The notes beneath the pieces were generated by a model. The model made no database searches, was not told the origin of the DNA, and worked only from the letters and a program-made list of their open reading frames with translations. A program made the translations under genes and the position numbers. Shown here one piece after another: positions 26,601-38,013 of a stretch of DNA of 64,000 nt (position 1 is its first letter; every line of letters begins with the position of its first letter). Source of the DNA: Schmidtea polychroa (taxonomy: Eukaryota); assembly GCA_044892525.1 (NCBI GenBank), contig CM097887.1, forward strand, positions 98,868,397 to 98,932,396, in the 5' to 3' direction.

Positions 26601-29600
26601 TGATTTACAATCAAAAAGGCGAGCAATAATATCAAGCATCTTATTGAAGGACACCATTTTTGATGGTTGCTTTTCTAATTGTAACCTTATTGAAAGCCAT
26701 TTTTGGTATGGTACCAATAGGATTATTTTATAGAAATGTAGTTTAAAGGAAACGATGATATTTCGTGTTCTATTAACTTACAGTGAAAGATTATTAAAAA
26801 GTTAATTAAAATAAAAGTAAATTATATAAACAAAATGTGTAACGTTTCCTTAGTCAAGACTGTCTACCGTCTTTCTATATGAACATGTGTATAACTATAT
26901 CTACACCGCATTTTACTGAATGTGTTAGAAGTGCTTTAATATATAAAATCCACAGTACTGATTATTTTTAAAAAGAGCTTGAAGACTATAAATCAGTAAT
27001 ATATCGATGTTTTTTGATACTCAGGAATTTTTTCGGTAATGTCAACTAAATGAAAAAGCCAATTTTGATAATAATAAACTTGTAGGAGATTCATGAAGGT
27101 TCTTGAAGAACGCTAATAGGGTTACGATACAAGAAATTGCTGACATAGAATTGTGTATCTTTACTGGATTTGAAATTGCATGATGATTATCTTTTCGATA
27201 TAGCATTGTACAAAGAATTTGGAAAATATAGCAATGAAGGGTGAGTTGAGGTGTTGATCTAACCGTCCACAAGTGTTGATATTAATATAAAAAAAGTCGT
27301 GAAAAGAGTGATGAAAATAAAAAAATGAATTTTTATCCATATAAGATAGAGTGAAAATATTATTTTTATTTTAATTAATCTTAAAAATATTATTTAAATC
27401 AATTTACATGTTATTTCAGATGTCTGTGCGTCAGTCATATTGTTGAAAAGGAAAAAATTAGTCCTTTATAATTATAAGTACGAATTATAATTATATCGTA
27501 ACTAATAAATACAAGTATTAATCACTTATCTAAGCTAAACATGGAAGATTTAGCAGAAGAAATTTTCCTTTTTTTATATGTTTGTAAGAAAAAAATGATG
27601 TTATTTCTGCTGTTGTTATTTAAAGCATTAGGGTAAGCAAATAGACAATAAAAATACATTTCGAGANNNNNNNNNNNNNNNNNNNNNNNNNNNNNNNNNN
27701 NNNNNNNNNNNNNNNNNNNNNNNNNNNNNNNNNNNNNNNNNNNNNNNNNNNNNNNNNNNNNNNNNNNNNNNNNNNNNNNNNNNNNNNNNNNNNNNNNNNN
27801 NNNNNNNNNNNNNNNNNNNNNNNNNNNNNNNNNNNNNNNNNNNNNNNNNNNNNNNNNNNNNNNNNNNNNNNNNNNNNNNNNNNNNNNNNNNNNNNNAAGT
27901 TTTACATAAACCTTTATATAAACAGTTATTTATTCATTCTATGTTTCTGTACGTGTAATATTTGTTGCCTATAAATTTCAAAATTTATTGAATAATATTT
28001 TTACTGTAAATGTCAAAAAAAATTATAATAATTATAAAAAGAAATAAAGATGTTTATTTTCAATTGTATTTTTATTCAAAATCCAGAATTTCACGCCATG
28101 AACCGCCATTTTATTGTTAAATTTTTTAGCCCAAAAATTAAGTAATATTTTTTAAAGGATAAAACAATAAAATCGTGACTAAATGACTTCCTCGTTATGT
28201 CTATGGAATTCCCTATAGCTGGAAAAATTCTAATGCTCATATATTACGGATGAGACTTAAAAATTATGTATAGAGTTTTGATAGTCGACATTAAACTTAC
28301 AAAACGCGACGGTTGGATCAAAGTTTTTGAATTTGATTCAGGTATTCGATGTCACCATTGCCACCAATGTTCTACTTGAAGTATTTTTTAAAACATTACT
28401 ATTAAACTATTAAGTATTAAACGATGATATTCATTTATATCACGATTTTTCATTAATTCCATGTTTTTGGTATATTGTTGAACTTGTTTGGTAACTTCTG
28501 TTGATTTTACTTCGGGTATAATTTCAGCATTTTTGTAAGGCATGTTGAATTGTTTTTTATTCAAAAGGAAATATGTAAAAAAAAGATATATATTAGGTAC
28601 AATACTGTATTTATAATTAAAATTAAATGTTTAATTATTTAAATGTTTATTAGAAATAAAGTTTTTAGAATTGATTTAAATTTAAAGATTTATTGTTATA
28701 CATTTTTTTAAATAAACATAAAACAATTTAATATGTTTTTCCAGTGCCGTACCTAGGAAAAGGCCCGCCGTCAGTAACTCCAGGCCCCTAGGCAGAGCAT
28801 TTGATGGGCCCTAAACAATTGTTAATCGTACAACGCATAAAATAGCAGATGACGTTTTATTTGACGTAGTGGTCTGTGGCCCGAGGGTGTGTTCTATAGT
28901 ACACAAATGATACGTATGGTTTCAGTTTCAGTAATCACGGTTAGTAAATATAACAGTTTTTAATTTTAGCATTAAAAAACTCAAAACTTAATTTAGTTTA
29001 TTTTTGAATATTGATAACGATGTTGATCTAACTACTTGTTGATGTTCGTTCAATTTATTCTGATGGAATTCAGATGCTTGAACTTTAAACTGATTGTAGT
29101 TAGGTCAACTTAAGTGTCAGTAATATTATATTTAAATACATAACAAATCGAACCCGCGCCCCTGGGCATTTGAACCCCTTGCCCCCTCTTGGCGGGCCTG
29201 TCTAGGAGTTATGGTGCCCCAGTACAGAAATTGTTTCGGCACCCTTAATGAATTTATTCACAATTTATTTTCTTTAAAAACTAAAACAGATAATAAGAAA
29301 AAACTTATAAGTATATATTACATTTTATTTTAAGAATAAATAGTGCATATAATACTATATACTTATATTAATACTTAATAAACATACAAAATAATAAAAA
29401 ATAATCATGATAAATTTAATTTTCATGTTTTCAGAGAACCAAATTCTTATATTATTAAAGTGTTCCAAGAGGTAATTTTGACGCTCCGGTGGTGTAGGGC
29501 ACACTTGAACAGTACAGAACTGTTTTAATAATTAAGCAAAAAATAAAATGACTGAGGTCAAAATATTTATGTATTTTAATTATTATGTCAAAATTCAGCA

Positions 29601-32600
29601 CTATACAGGTTCCCAAATCCTAATTTGCTCCAACCTCAAGACACAAATAATTCAAAAATTGACAAATATAAAAAAATTAAATGATTTCAATATCGAAGAA
29701 CTCTATATGAGAGAGTTGAGTTTTAGAATGACTGAAACATTCAGTATTTTTTTGTTATTCCAAAGAATGGATAAACAGATATTAGTAGCTATATTTTTCT
29801 ACTTTGCTACTTAAGTTAGAAGTGAACACAAAAAATGAATTTTCGTGCTGCCTTTTGTTTCCTGATCCCGCAACTAGCTCAGGCATTTTTAAAACTTTAA
29901 ATAATTAATTTGAGAGAAAACTTGGATTGGAGTAGGCATATCAGATTATGCAAGGACATACTGCGAAAACTGACTGGGTATTTTTCCAGTGTTGTACCAA
30001 AATTAAGAGATATAACATTTTGTATGCTCATTTTATGATTCATCGGAAAAATTTAGATACAGAAAGGTTTTCTTCTGAAAGTATAGGCTTTGAAAATTCA
30101 AACTTCTTCATAAATCTGTAGGTTTGTTGTCAAGAATCGAGGTTCTTTCTCAATCTTTCAAACTTCGGGATTTCTTTGAGAGAAAAAATCATCCAAATTA
30201 GGGCTTTTGTTGAATGAAGATTTGGTGACTAGATTAGCATATTTGAATGACATCTTTTTTCGTCTTAATGATTTCAATTTATCACTCGAAGAAACATAAG
30301 AAACACTCTTCCTTTTTGAAATAAAATATGACCATTCAAACGTAACTCGTTTTACTTCAAAGCTCTAGATAATATTATCCGTAGATGGGAGATCCATGGA
30401 AATGAAATGTATGGATTTCTGATCTTTTCGTAAAGAACACAAGACTCGTTTATCTTGATCTTCAAGAAAAGAAAGCTCTCAAATAGCATTCTTCAGATAT
30501 AACTATCACCATTTTGGTTCAATTCTGGATGTCATTGAAGAATGATAACTTTGCAACAAAGTCGGAAATTTTATTATTACGTTTTTCTACAAAATATTTT
30601 AGGAAACATTCTTAGGCCAAGGATTGGTGTATATTCTGATGATATATATGTAGATACAGGCTATGGATTAAAATACGAAGAATCATACACTGTAACTAAT
30701 GACAAATAAACTAGAATATTAGGAATTTTGTACCATTTCTTTACGATGTGATAGCAGAAAACAAGGACGAGAATGTAATAACAAGAAAGAGTCTATATTC
30801 AATTTTGTAGTCAATTATTAATAGTTGAAATCTACTCATTGACAAGTTGACTAAGAATATCACATACTGCTTTTCAAAGGCTCACAAACGAAAATTGGCA
30901 TAATCTGACTTTTTGTAAAGTTACAGAAAAAGCTTTACAAAGTTATTCCAAAAGTTAAATTCGACATCCTATATTGAGTATGGTAGTCAAGAAAAGTAAG
31001 CTAGTGTTTTCATGGTACAATGCTAATTCTGGGCCACATAAACTAAATAAAACAATTTTTCGGTATATTCATGGCCGGATTTACACTTTTGGGTCCCCTA
31101 GTCAGAGGCAGATTTGGGGCACCCATTTGCAATTTGTACTTTCTCCCCTTGGTGAGAAAGTCATGTAATCGTGCAAAAATTCAATATTTTATATTCGAAG
31201 AATTATTTCTGTATTTGGAAATGAAATTTCCACATTTTTTTCTTTAATCATATTGTATTTGCTCACTCGGACAATTTTTTTTGAGGGCCCATAAGAAAGT
31301 GGGGTCTTCAGCTATAGCGTAAATCCTGCACTAAGTATATTCATAATTAATACATCAATTTCAATAACTTTATGCAAAATTAGTGACAAAGTTCCGAATA
31401 TGCCACTGCNNNNNNNNNNNNNNNNNNNNNNNNNNNNNNNNNNNNNNNNNNNNNNNNNNNNNNNNNNNNNNNNNNNNNNNNNNNNNNNNNNNNNNNNNNN
31501 NNNNNNNNNNNNNNNNNNNNNNNNNNNNNNNNNNNNNNNNNNNNNNNNNNNNNNNNNNATAAGAAATTTTTACATTTCAATGAAATGATTTCTGCAATCA
31601 AATAATTATTATTTTAAATCACTTTGTCATTAGAATTTCCCCATCAATTATGCACGAATTGAATGGATGTTTAATTGATAAAATATTGCTCATTCATTGT
31701 TTCATTGACTGAATTATTATTATTGTGAGTCTGTAATAATCTTTATCTTTCAACCTAATTAAATAAACTGATATCTTGGTGCTACAGCATATTACTCTAC
31801 ATTAATAAGCCGCTCTTTAATAATTAATAAACTTTATTCATTTATTGAAATATCTGTCTCATATCAACTGTGATATGTTTGTTTCTATTGTTTTTTATCG
31901 TTCGAGTTTCATTTCTTAAAAATCCTTGTCAATCAATCATATAGGAAACAAAAAGATGAAAATATTTGTTGGTAAATATATTATTGAAATATTTATTGAG
32001 TTTATTTTTATCATTTTTTTGTTTTAATATTGAAAAATAAATTTCATTTCATCAACATCTTTTAAATTGAATTAAGCAACGCAATTAATATAGTATTATT
32101 TCACAGAAGAAACAAATATTACAAAATATAAAACAATGAATTTTAATGTCTCAGTAATGTCACAAATAAATTACATAAAAAAATAAATAAATAGCAAAAT
32201 ATTTTCAAAGTCATCTTTAAAGTGAAAACATTTTAATTATCATAAATGAATATTATTTTTTATATCTTCAGTAAATAAACAAATAGTTTATAAATATAAA
32301 AGTTGGATAGAAATAATTTTAAAAAATTTTAATTTATAAAATTCTCTATTAAAATAAAAAACAAACTCTGAAACTAACATTAAAAGGTAACATATGGATG
32401 AATAGTTTAAAAAATATAGTTTAGATTTACTTAAATTGTGGATTACGAAGGACAAACATCAGTTGAAAAATAGTTGAAAAAAAATTTTTCATCGTACCCT
32501 TATTCATTAAATCAAAAGATATCAAGATCTTACTCTTTTTCTTCCATGCGTAATTGTATGAGTATTATATTATTGAGAACTGGTATTTCTGAATTCTCTC

Positions 32601-34989
32601 AAAAAACAGACAATACTTTCGGAATAAATATATCGATTTATTGAATAAAAATATATTAAAATCATTTTCCTATTTATTCTATACGATACCAAACTGAAGA
32701 AAATGAAGTTAGAACTACAAACTTTTAAAAATTCGCGAAATTTCTTGGAAAGTGGCTTTAAATGTTTTAGACTTATATTCAAGAATTATTTTATTGTTAC
32801 AAATATTTTATTGGTAGATTTCATCTCCACTAATAAAATATTAAATTGAATAAAAAATCTTTGAATACAAGTTTAAAAAGTTTGAAGCCTTTCAAATCAA
32901 ACCGACTATTATTTTTGATGCATTGGAGAATATAAATATATTTTTTATAAATATATTTATATTCTCCTCATGATATTTACTATTTTTTACTATTTTTGTC
33001 GATTTGGACAGCAGAATGGATTCCTTTCGACAAATAAAAAGTTCGTTATAGTTTAAAAATACGTGTATTGGATTAGTTTTAAATTAAAAAATTCGGCGCT
33101 CATGGGTTACTAAAAATAATGCGCCCTCTTCGTAAAAAAATGCACAGAAAAGCAACCGGGAGCGGGGTGTCCGGCAAAGTTATGCAAAAGTATCAGAACT
33201 AAAAAACTCTTTTAAAAAACTATTTTAAAAATATGTGAAAACAAATAAAAAGAAAAATGAATTTTTATAAAACTAATGACTAAATGACTAATAATAACAA
33301 AAAAACATATACATCACAAATAAAAATTGCCGCCCCAAAAAGCGTGTACCAATTTAGCCCTTTGATTAGGCGGCCTTGATTTTAATATATTAATGAATAT
33401 ATTAAAATTAATCATGAGTTAATAATTTCAGACTTTATGAAAAAGCTCGATTTATTAATACTTTTAGCGGTATTCATAGATTTGTACTTTGTTAATTTAT
33501 AATAAATATATCTAATTTCTTAGCCATTTTTTAATTTCTAAGTTTACTTTAACTCCGTTCGACTGAACATAGAAATTTATTTTCACCCCCAAATTGAAAT
33601 TTTGGTAAGGTCTGTCTGTAATCAATATTAGCATTAATATAAAAAATTTTGTAACTTTTATTTTTATGTTATACAAAATCTAATAACTTTTAAGACGTTC
33701 TGTATTTAAAAGAATTTTCAAACTTTTCCCTAAAATAAGAAATAAATAAATTCTTTTAAAAGTTTAAAGTACCTAGTACATAGGTTTTTAAAAATGGTTT
33801 TTATTTTTATTTTTATTTATACTTCATTTCACTATTTTATCATATTTTTAAGTAAATATTAAGAATATGAGATGCGCTCTAATGATGAGATTCTAAATTT
33901 TATTTGGGCATTTTCTTAAATTTGAAAAACATTTTTTTAGATGAGGCAAATTTTTTTAATATTTTACTGGAATTACATCCTTGAAAAGCTCATTGAAACT
34001 TGGTATTCCTTAATACTTCATAAACCACATACTTTGTATTGTGCTTTGGGGCCCCTGGACACAGACTCCATCAGCCTTAACACAAATTGGTAAGTTTTTA
34101 CATCGGTTTAATCGACATGGGATTAATTAGCGAATTAAATAAAATAAAAATTAGAATTCTCTAATATTTTACTTTCCTATAGAATTTAAATGTAATGGAT
34201 CTTGATTTTATAATGTTAATTTGGCAAAAAGTAATTTAATTTTTTCAAAATAAAATTTATTGATAAACACTTTTTTAAAAGTATGCGAACCTGTTTGAAT
34301 TGTTCTTCATAATTCCAATTTTGAATGTTTCCATCGGCAGATTCTCTTGCGTCGGAATCGTCTATTCTCGCTTCAAGATACTCTTCTTCTACTTCTTCTT
34401 CTTTATCTTCGTATGAATGATTATCATCATTTATTAATTCTGGATTGATTGATGATTTTTCAGATGTTAATTTGTTTAATGTAAATTTTTCAATTATTTC
34501 AGATCCATACGAGGGCGAGTTGTTTGTTGATGGATGAACTAAAGGCAGTTCATAACCTGATTTTGAAGTGTCATTAGGCATGGAGTTTTTGTTTGGAATA
34601 CTTGTATTTGTAGATTTTGAAATAAAGGAATGGAAATCATTGAAGTTGGATGATTCTATTCCTGGACGCATGAATCGATTCATATCAGAATATTTGAATA
34701 ACTGTCGATTGTGAATCGGGAATAATGGTAAAATATGATGAGGGAAAACATTGTTGTAATTAAAAGGTCCAGTTACACTTTTATTAGAATTACCTTGAAT
34801 TGATGACACAAAATTAATTATTGAAGGTGAGTAAATGTTAGAAGAAGGGGTTACATTAGAATCGATTGATTTTTGAATTGGCAACAAAAAATTGTCATCG
34901 GCAATATTTTCAATAAGTTTTCTTTTCCTACATCTCGAGGTTCGAAGGTCTAATTCGTGTGATTCTATATTAGATATAATTTCAGACAT
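8503..34989 (-). CDS. ARID3: ARID3/dead ringer (retained)-family transcription factor, spliced model join(34989..34291, 24882..24810, 16022..15839, 11117..10666, 10617..10303, 8603..8503), 1824 nt, about 607 aa
   Basis: The joined exons give NWNYEEQFKQ|LYELSDDCKRKEFLDDLFSFMQKKG|SPVNRIPIMAKQVLDLYTLYKLVVSRGGLVEVINKKLWREITKGLNLPSSITSAAFTLRTQ|YMKYLYPFECE...LQAAIDGNRRE, the extended ARID domain of ARID3. All introns are GT-AG, splice phases are compatible and total length is divisible by 3. Confidence 0.93.
9098..9252 (-). mobile_element. Isolated gag fragment related to the 50.1-54.7 kb gypsy element
   Basis: Translates NDLKRTEAFDFLLCDKAATLLKNFKTDKAAKECFTKILTIKLTIIDKIKEL, versus gag NDLKRTEAFDFLLCDEAATLWKNFKTEKTTDKAAKEWFSETFTIKLTIINKIKEL. 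Confidence 0.9.
9879..10084. mobile_element. Tc1/mariner-superfamily MITE, 206 bp
   Basis: 26-bp TIRs CCGTATTAGCTCGAATATAACGCGAC with 2 mismatches, flanked by TA. Confidence 0.85.
10303..10617 (-). CDS. ARID3: ARID3 low-complexity exon after a 48-nt intron
   Basis: Acceptor tttag at 10619/10618. The frame is open from NKSIIHEVPQ into track ORF MAPEYQPDSS. The phase-1 donor gtaaac at 10302 matches the phase of the last exon. Confidence 0.72.
10666..11117 (-). CDS. ARID3: ARID3 exon with end of ARID domain (YMKYLYPFECE...IDGNRRE)
   Basis: Lies within ORF 10643..11125. Acceptor tgtttag at 11119/11118. The donor gtaatc at 10665 is inferred from frame continuity with the next exon. Confidence 0.88.
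11227..11312. repeat. Degenerate tandem array, seven units of about 12 bp starting ATCA(T/C)TG
   Basis: atcattgctcgc|atcactgaccat|atcattgaccgc|atcattgaccat|atcattggctaccgc|atcattgatca|atcattggctac. Confidence 0.85.
12312..12728 (-). pseudogene. Tc1/IS630-type DD34E transposase fragment
   Basis: MDN..IH and YSPFLNPIEEVF, with 34 residues between the second D and the E. No TIRs were identified. Confidence 0.8.
13213..13461 (+). mobile_element. 249-bp hAT (Buster/Charlie-like) MITE, copy 1
   Basis: Same sequence as 58415..58663 apart from about 6 substitutions, with a perfect 8-bp TSD CTTTAGTG. Confidence 0.93.
13508..13623. mobile_element. Tigger/pogo-derived MITE, 116 bp
   Basis: 23-bp TIRs CAGGTAACCCTCCTACAACGCGG with 2 mismatches, flanked by TA on both sides. 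Confidence 0.88.
13878..14064. repeat. Long palindrome (about 88-bp arms, short loop), member of a dispersed foldback family
   Basis: Arms are reverse-complementary with about 3 mismatches. Related arms occur near 4205-4292, 15583-15672, 20336-20381, 26964-27043 and 49905-50110. Confidence 0.9.
15162..15390. mobile_element. hAT (Blackjack-like) MITE, 229 bp
   Basis: TIRs TAAGGTGACCAGA / TCTGTTCACCTTA and TSD CTATAAGC/CTATAAAC. Confidence 0.8.
15839..16022 (-). CDS. ARID3: ARID3 184-nt ARID core exon (absent from ORF track)
   Basis: Acceptor caattag, donor gtaagt. Translation: (G)SPVNRIPIMAKQVLDLYTLYKLVVSRGGLVEVINKKLWREITKGLNLPSSITSAAFTLRT(Q). Confidence 0.97.
17406..18072 (-). mobile_element. 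Internally deleted hAT derivative (667 bp) retaining the transposase C-terminus
   Basis: Imperfect TIRs and TSD ACTTTTAT/ACTTTAAT (7/8). The minus strand encodes AIKIGLTPHITTCTV...RSTMSKEQLSGLCIMS...KFAEKPRRLQFLF. Confidence 0.8.
18183..18668 (-). mobile_element. Non-autonomous Helitron-like element, about 486 bp
   Basis: The minus strand begins A|TC and ends with hairpin CCTGG-gcagca-CCAGG then CTAG. The base after CTAG is G, not the canonical T. Confidence 0.5.
24810..24882 (-). CDS. ARID3: ARID3 73-nt ARID exon LYELSDDCKRKEFLDDLFSFMQKKG (absent from ORF track)
   Basis: Acceptor ttccccag, donor gtaatt, and the translation matches the ARID3 motif LYEL..D.KRKEFLDDLFSFMQKRG. Confidence 0.95.
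25771..26020. mobile_element. hAT (Charlie-like) MITE, 250 bp
   Basis: TIRs CAGAGGTGGGGAACCT / AGGTTCCCCACCCATG and TSD ATCCAGGG/ATCCAGAG. Confidence 0.82.
28742..29243. mobile_element. Probable nested MITEs (inner 28760..29200 inside a CAGTGCCGTACCTAG-type element)
   Basis: Inner ends AAGGCCCGCC / GGCGGGCCTG are flanked by CCTAGGAA/TCTAGGAG (6/8). The outer right end is not well defined. Confidence 0.5.
29950..30560 (+). pseudogene. Decayed hAT Buster-type (ZBED5/SCAND3-like) transposase remnant
   Basis: Fragments MIHRKNL, KLLHKSVGLLSRIEVL, RLAYLNDIFFRLNDFNLSLE and QFWMSLKND. Confidence 0.7.
31070..31333. mobile_element. hAT-type MITE, 264 bp
   Basis: Ends CATGGCCGGATTTA / TAAATCCTGCACTA and TSD GGTATATT/AGTATATT. 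Confidence 0.7.
34291..34989 (-). CDS. ARID3: ARID3 coding exon 1 (N-terminal low-complexity region, RKRK, acidic tract, start of extended ARID)
   Basis: ORF 34216..34989. Acceptor ttttcag ends at 34997, just upstream of the ATG. The exon ends at YEEQFKQ followed by donor gttcgc at 34290. Confidence 0.88.
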
Positions 34990-37559
34990 TTTACACCTGA
35001 AAATTTTATTTTTTATTCGTATATTAAATATAAATATAATATATTTACTTTAATACCAAATTTCTGTTTCACAGGTATCTCAAAATGTTATAAAATTTAG
35101 AGATAATACTATGTTGTTACAAATATGATTTGATTTAATAAGCGCTGAATTGAGGCCAATCAAAACTGTGGAATTTGTGTGTCCGTTTGATAACCAGCGA
35201 ATGAAAAATCATTAATAATGAAAGATAGGTCAGTAAATGATTTTACCTACCGTAAGTAATGTTTTTTTTCTCTAATTCCATTTTTGTGACATTGATCTAT
35301 CAAAGAATTCTGTGTACACTTCACAAATATTTAATTAGAAAATTGTGATTGCATTTGAAAACATGACAGGGTTGATTGATGCAAACCGTTGGTCCAATTA
35401 GTTACTGGGAAAGAAATTCAATATTTAAAACGTAATTCCTAGTTGTGTGGCGGTATGTTGAACAAAATGATGACAGCTTTGATCCAACTAAATTTGATTC
35501 CAATTACCTCGTGGAGACATAAGAAAATTTCTATATCAATGTCAATACTAACAAATAAATGTGCAAAATGTAATTAAAATAAAACTGCACCTATAAATAA
35601 ATTTTTAAATTTTAATATTTCAAATTTGTGTTAAATATTAAATGTATGAAATTTCTAATAAAATTAATTTTAATTTTAGTACCAAAAATTTTTTTTTGTC
35701 AATGCAGTAGATCCTCGACTATCCAAGATCAGTTGCCAAAAATTTTCATATATAATGTAAACATTTTCATCTGTCGTAATTATGAGATCAAGACAATCTT
35801 TCGATCGTATTTTTCGTAAATGGAATCTTGAGATATAAAATGTCATAATACATTCAATCTATGGATATGGAAATGATTGTTTTCAGCTCTGAATGTCAAC
35901 TGATAAAAAAATGTATTTATTGGTTATGTTATATTAATCGGTACTTTTTATCCACCAATCTGCTTAAACTCCACAAGAGTAGTTTAGAATAAATATCAAT
36001 GAAAAGCCTAGGGAGCAGAAATTCCCAGAAACACAATGGCGTAAAATAATTGACATTGATTTAAACAACTGGTAAAATAATAAATTTAAAGTAACTTTGT
36101 CTCAAAGAAATATCATATAAAAATATTGCTTTCAAATAAAATTTAAATACAAATTAATAAGATTGTTTTATCAAACTCTTATTTACAATTGCTTGAGTTT
36201 TGTTTGTTCATTATTCATTTAAATCGGTAATAAAATACTAGTAGAAAGAAGCAAAAAAAATTTACATATTATTAATTGAATTAAATCAGTACAACATATG
36301 GAGATCAAATCAGTGACGGCTGTTTTCAGTACATATCTCAGCATTAACTACATTATATCACACGGGTACTTCTGTGGAGCATTAAAGAGATATTACATTG
36401 ACCCACGAAGGCTGATTAATTAAAAATGAAAACAAAAATAATTAATTGCCTATTGAAAAAATATGTCAAAAGAAACAGTTTCTGTTTTTCCATAAAATTT
36501 ATCACAGTCTATACGATTACCACTGTGAAAACTCGTCAAGGCGAACAATTGGTGCTGTACGTCAAATCAATTTTAACTCTACCACATTAATATACATTAG
36601 TTCAATATCCATCAATTAATGTAGCGAACTATGAATAACATTTGGTCATGCTGGTACATAAACAATTGTCATTCTTGGATGACTTTCAAACGCCTTTTAA
36701 TTGCTCGAATTTTAATCGCAAATGAATATAAAAAAGTCACATTAGTCGAAATCAAATTGGGCGCGTATCAAGTTTAGGGGAACGATATCCCTTCAAAGAA
36801 TACTTTTGAAATATTTGTGCGATTTCTAAATGATAACGGTTTTAAGACCGCCGAAAATTTTATAAAGATTGACAAGACAATTTCAAACAGATAGCGATGA
36901 AATTGACATGCAACCAATAATTCGAAGGCGCGCTTTACATTTAAAATAACAAACGCTACAAAATGTTCATATGTGTTTATTAGGAATATAAATATTGTTT
37001 TTCTTAAGGCTTTTCCAAAGATTTTATTAATTTATTATATCAGTGCTTTAATTTTATTCATAAAATATTCTGATAATAGATTTATTGGATATAGATTTTC
37101 GTAACAAAGTTTAATTTTCGATCTATTTGTGAATTCAATAATTTTCATATTAATGTTTCTACCTCAAAACAATATGTAATTAAAACACTTGATAAAGGGT
37201 TGCTATCCGCGTCCACCCAAAAAGCTTGTAACCTATTTCAACTTCATTTTTCCTCATTTCTTTTAAGATGTTGGAATCTTCCCAGACAGAGCTGGATTTA
37301 CTCTTAAGGGGGCCCAATACTAAAGATCTTATGGGCCCTTTTATAATTTCTTTTAAACAAAAAGTTTAATTTGTTTCCTGCTGTTATATAGTTAAAATAA
37401 TAGTTTATTTTCGAAAATAATATTACATTTATTCATATATAAAAGATCTAAACTTGAAGTGCTTTTCATAAATAAAAAAGCATTAATTTAGAAACATTTT
37501 CTTCTAGATTTTTCTCTGCAAAATCTTCAACATCAATCCCCCCGAATCATATGTGCAAC

Positions 37560-38013
37560 CATGGGCGTCCGCAAGAGGGGCAAGTGGGAGTACTTGCCCC
37601 CTCCCCTCCTAAATTTCCCAAAAAATTCTATTTTTCGATTAATTTAAACACATTTTAATAGATGCGCTGAGAGCTCAAACAATGTTGGAAAAACCCAAGA
37701 CAAAAAAAATTAATAAAAAAATATAATTTAAAGAGGCTTCCTGTTTTTTTTTAATGTTGATAATTATATCTGGAAATCAATGATTTCAAATCATCTTATT
37801 TGTATAAAATTTTCAATATTAACTGACGTTCTGGTTTAAAAAAAGTGTTCTATTTTGTAAATAAACGAAAAAAAAGTCCTATTTTGTATAATGCCCAAAA
37901 TATCTATTATACACATGCATTTTGTTCAACTCTCTTCCCCCCTAGAAAAATTGTCTACTTGGTAAAAAAAATATTTTTGCCCTCCCTTGGAAAAATTCCT
38001 GTGGACGCCCATG
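37560..38013. mobile_element. hAT-type MITE, 454 bp
   Basis: TIRs CATGGGCGTCCGCA / TGTGGACGCCCATG and a perfect TSD TGTGCAAC. Confidence 0.9.

Larger units (their letters stand above)
20169..31558. other. Four assembly gaps: 20169..20335, 21664..21929, 27667..27896, 31410..31558
   Basis: Runs of N, all inside ARID3 introns. Confidence 0.99.

Noticed and set aside
20115-31601. Track ORFs containing long X runs
   Set aside because: Artefacts of N-gaps.
8400-37000. Many ATTAAT/AATTAA words suggesting ARID3 autoregulation
   Set aside because: Expected by chance at this AT content, and no enrichment test was possible.
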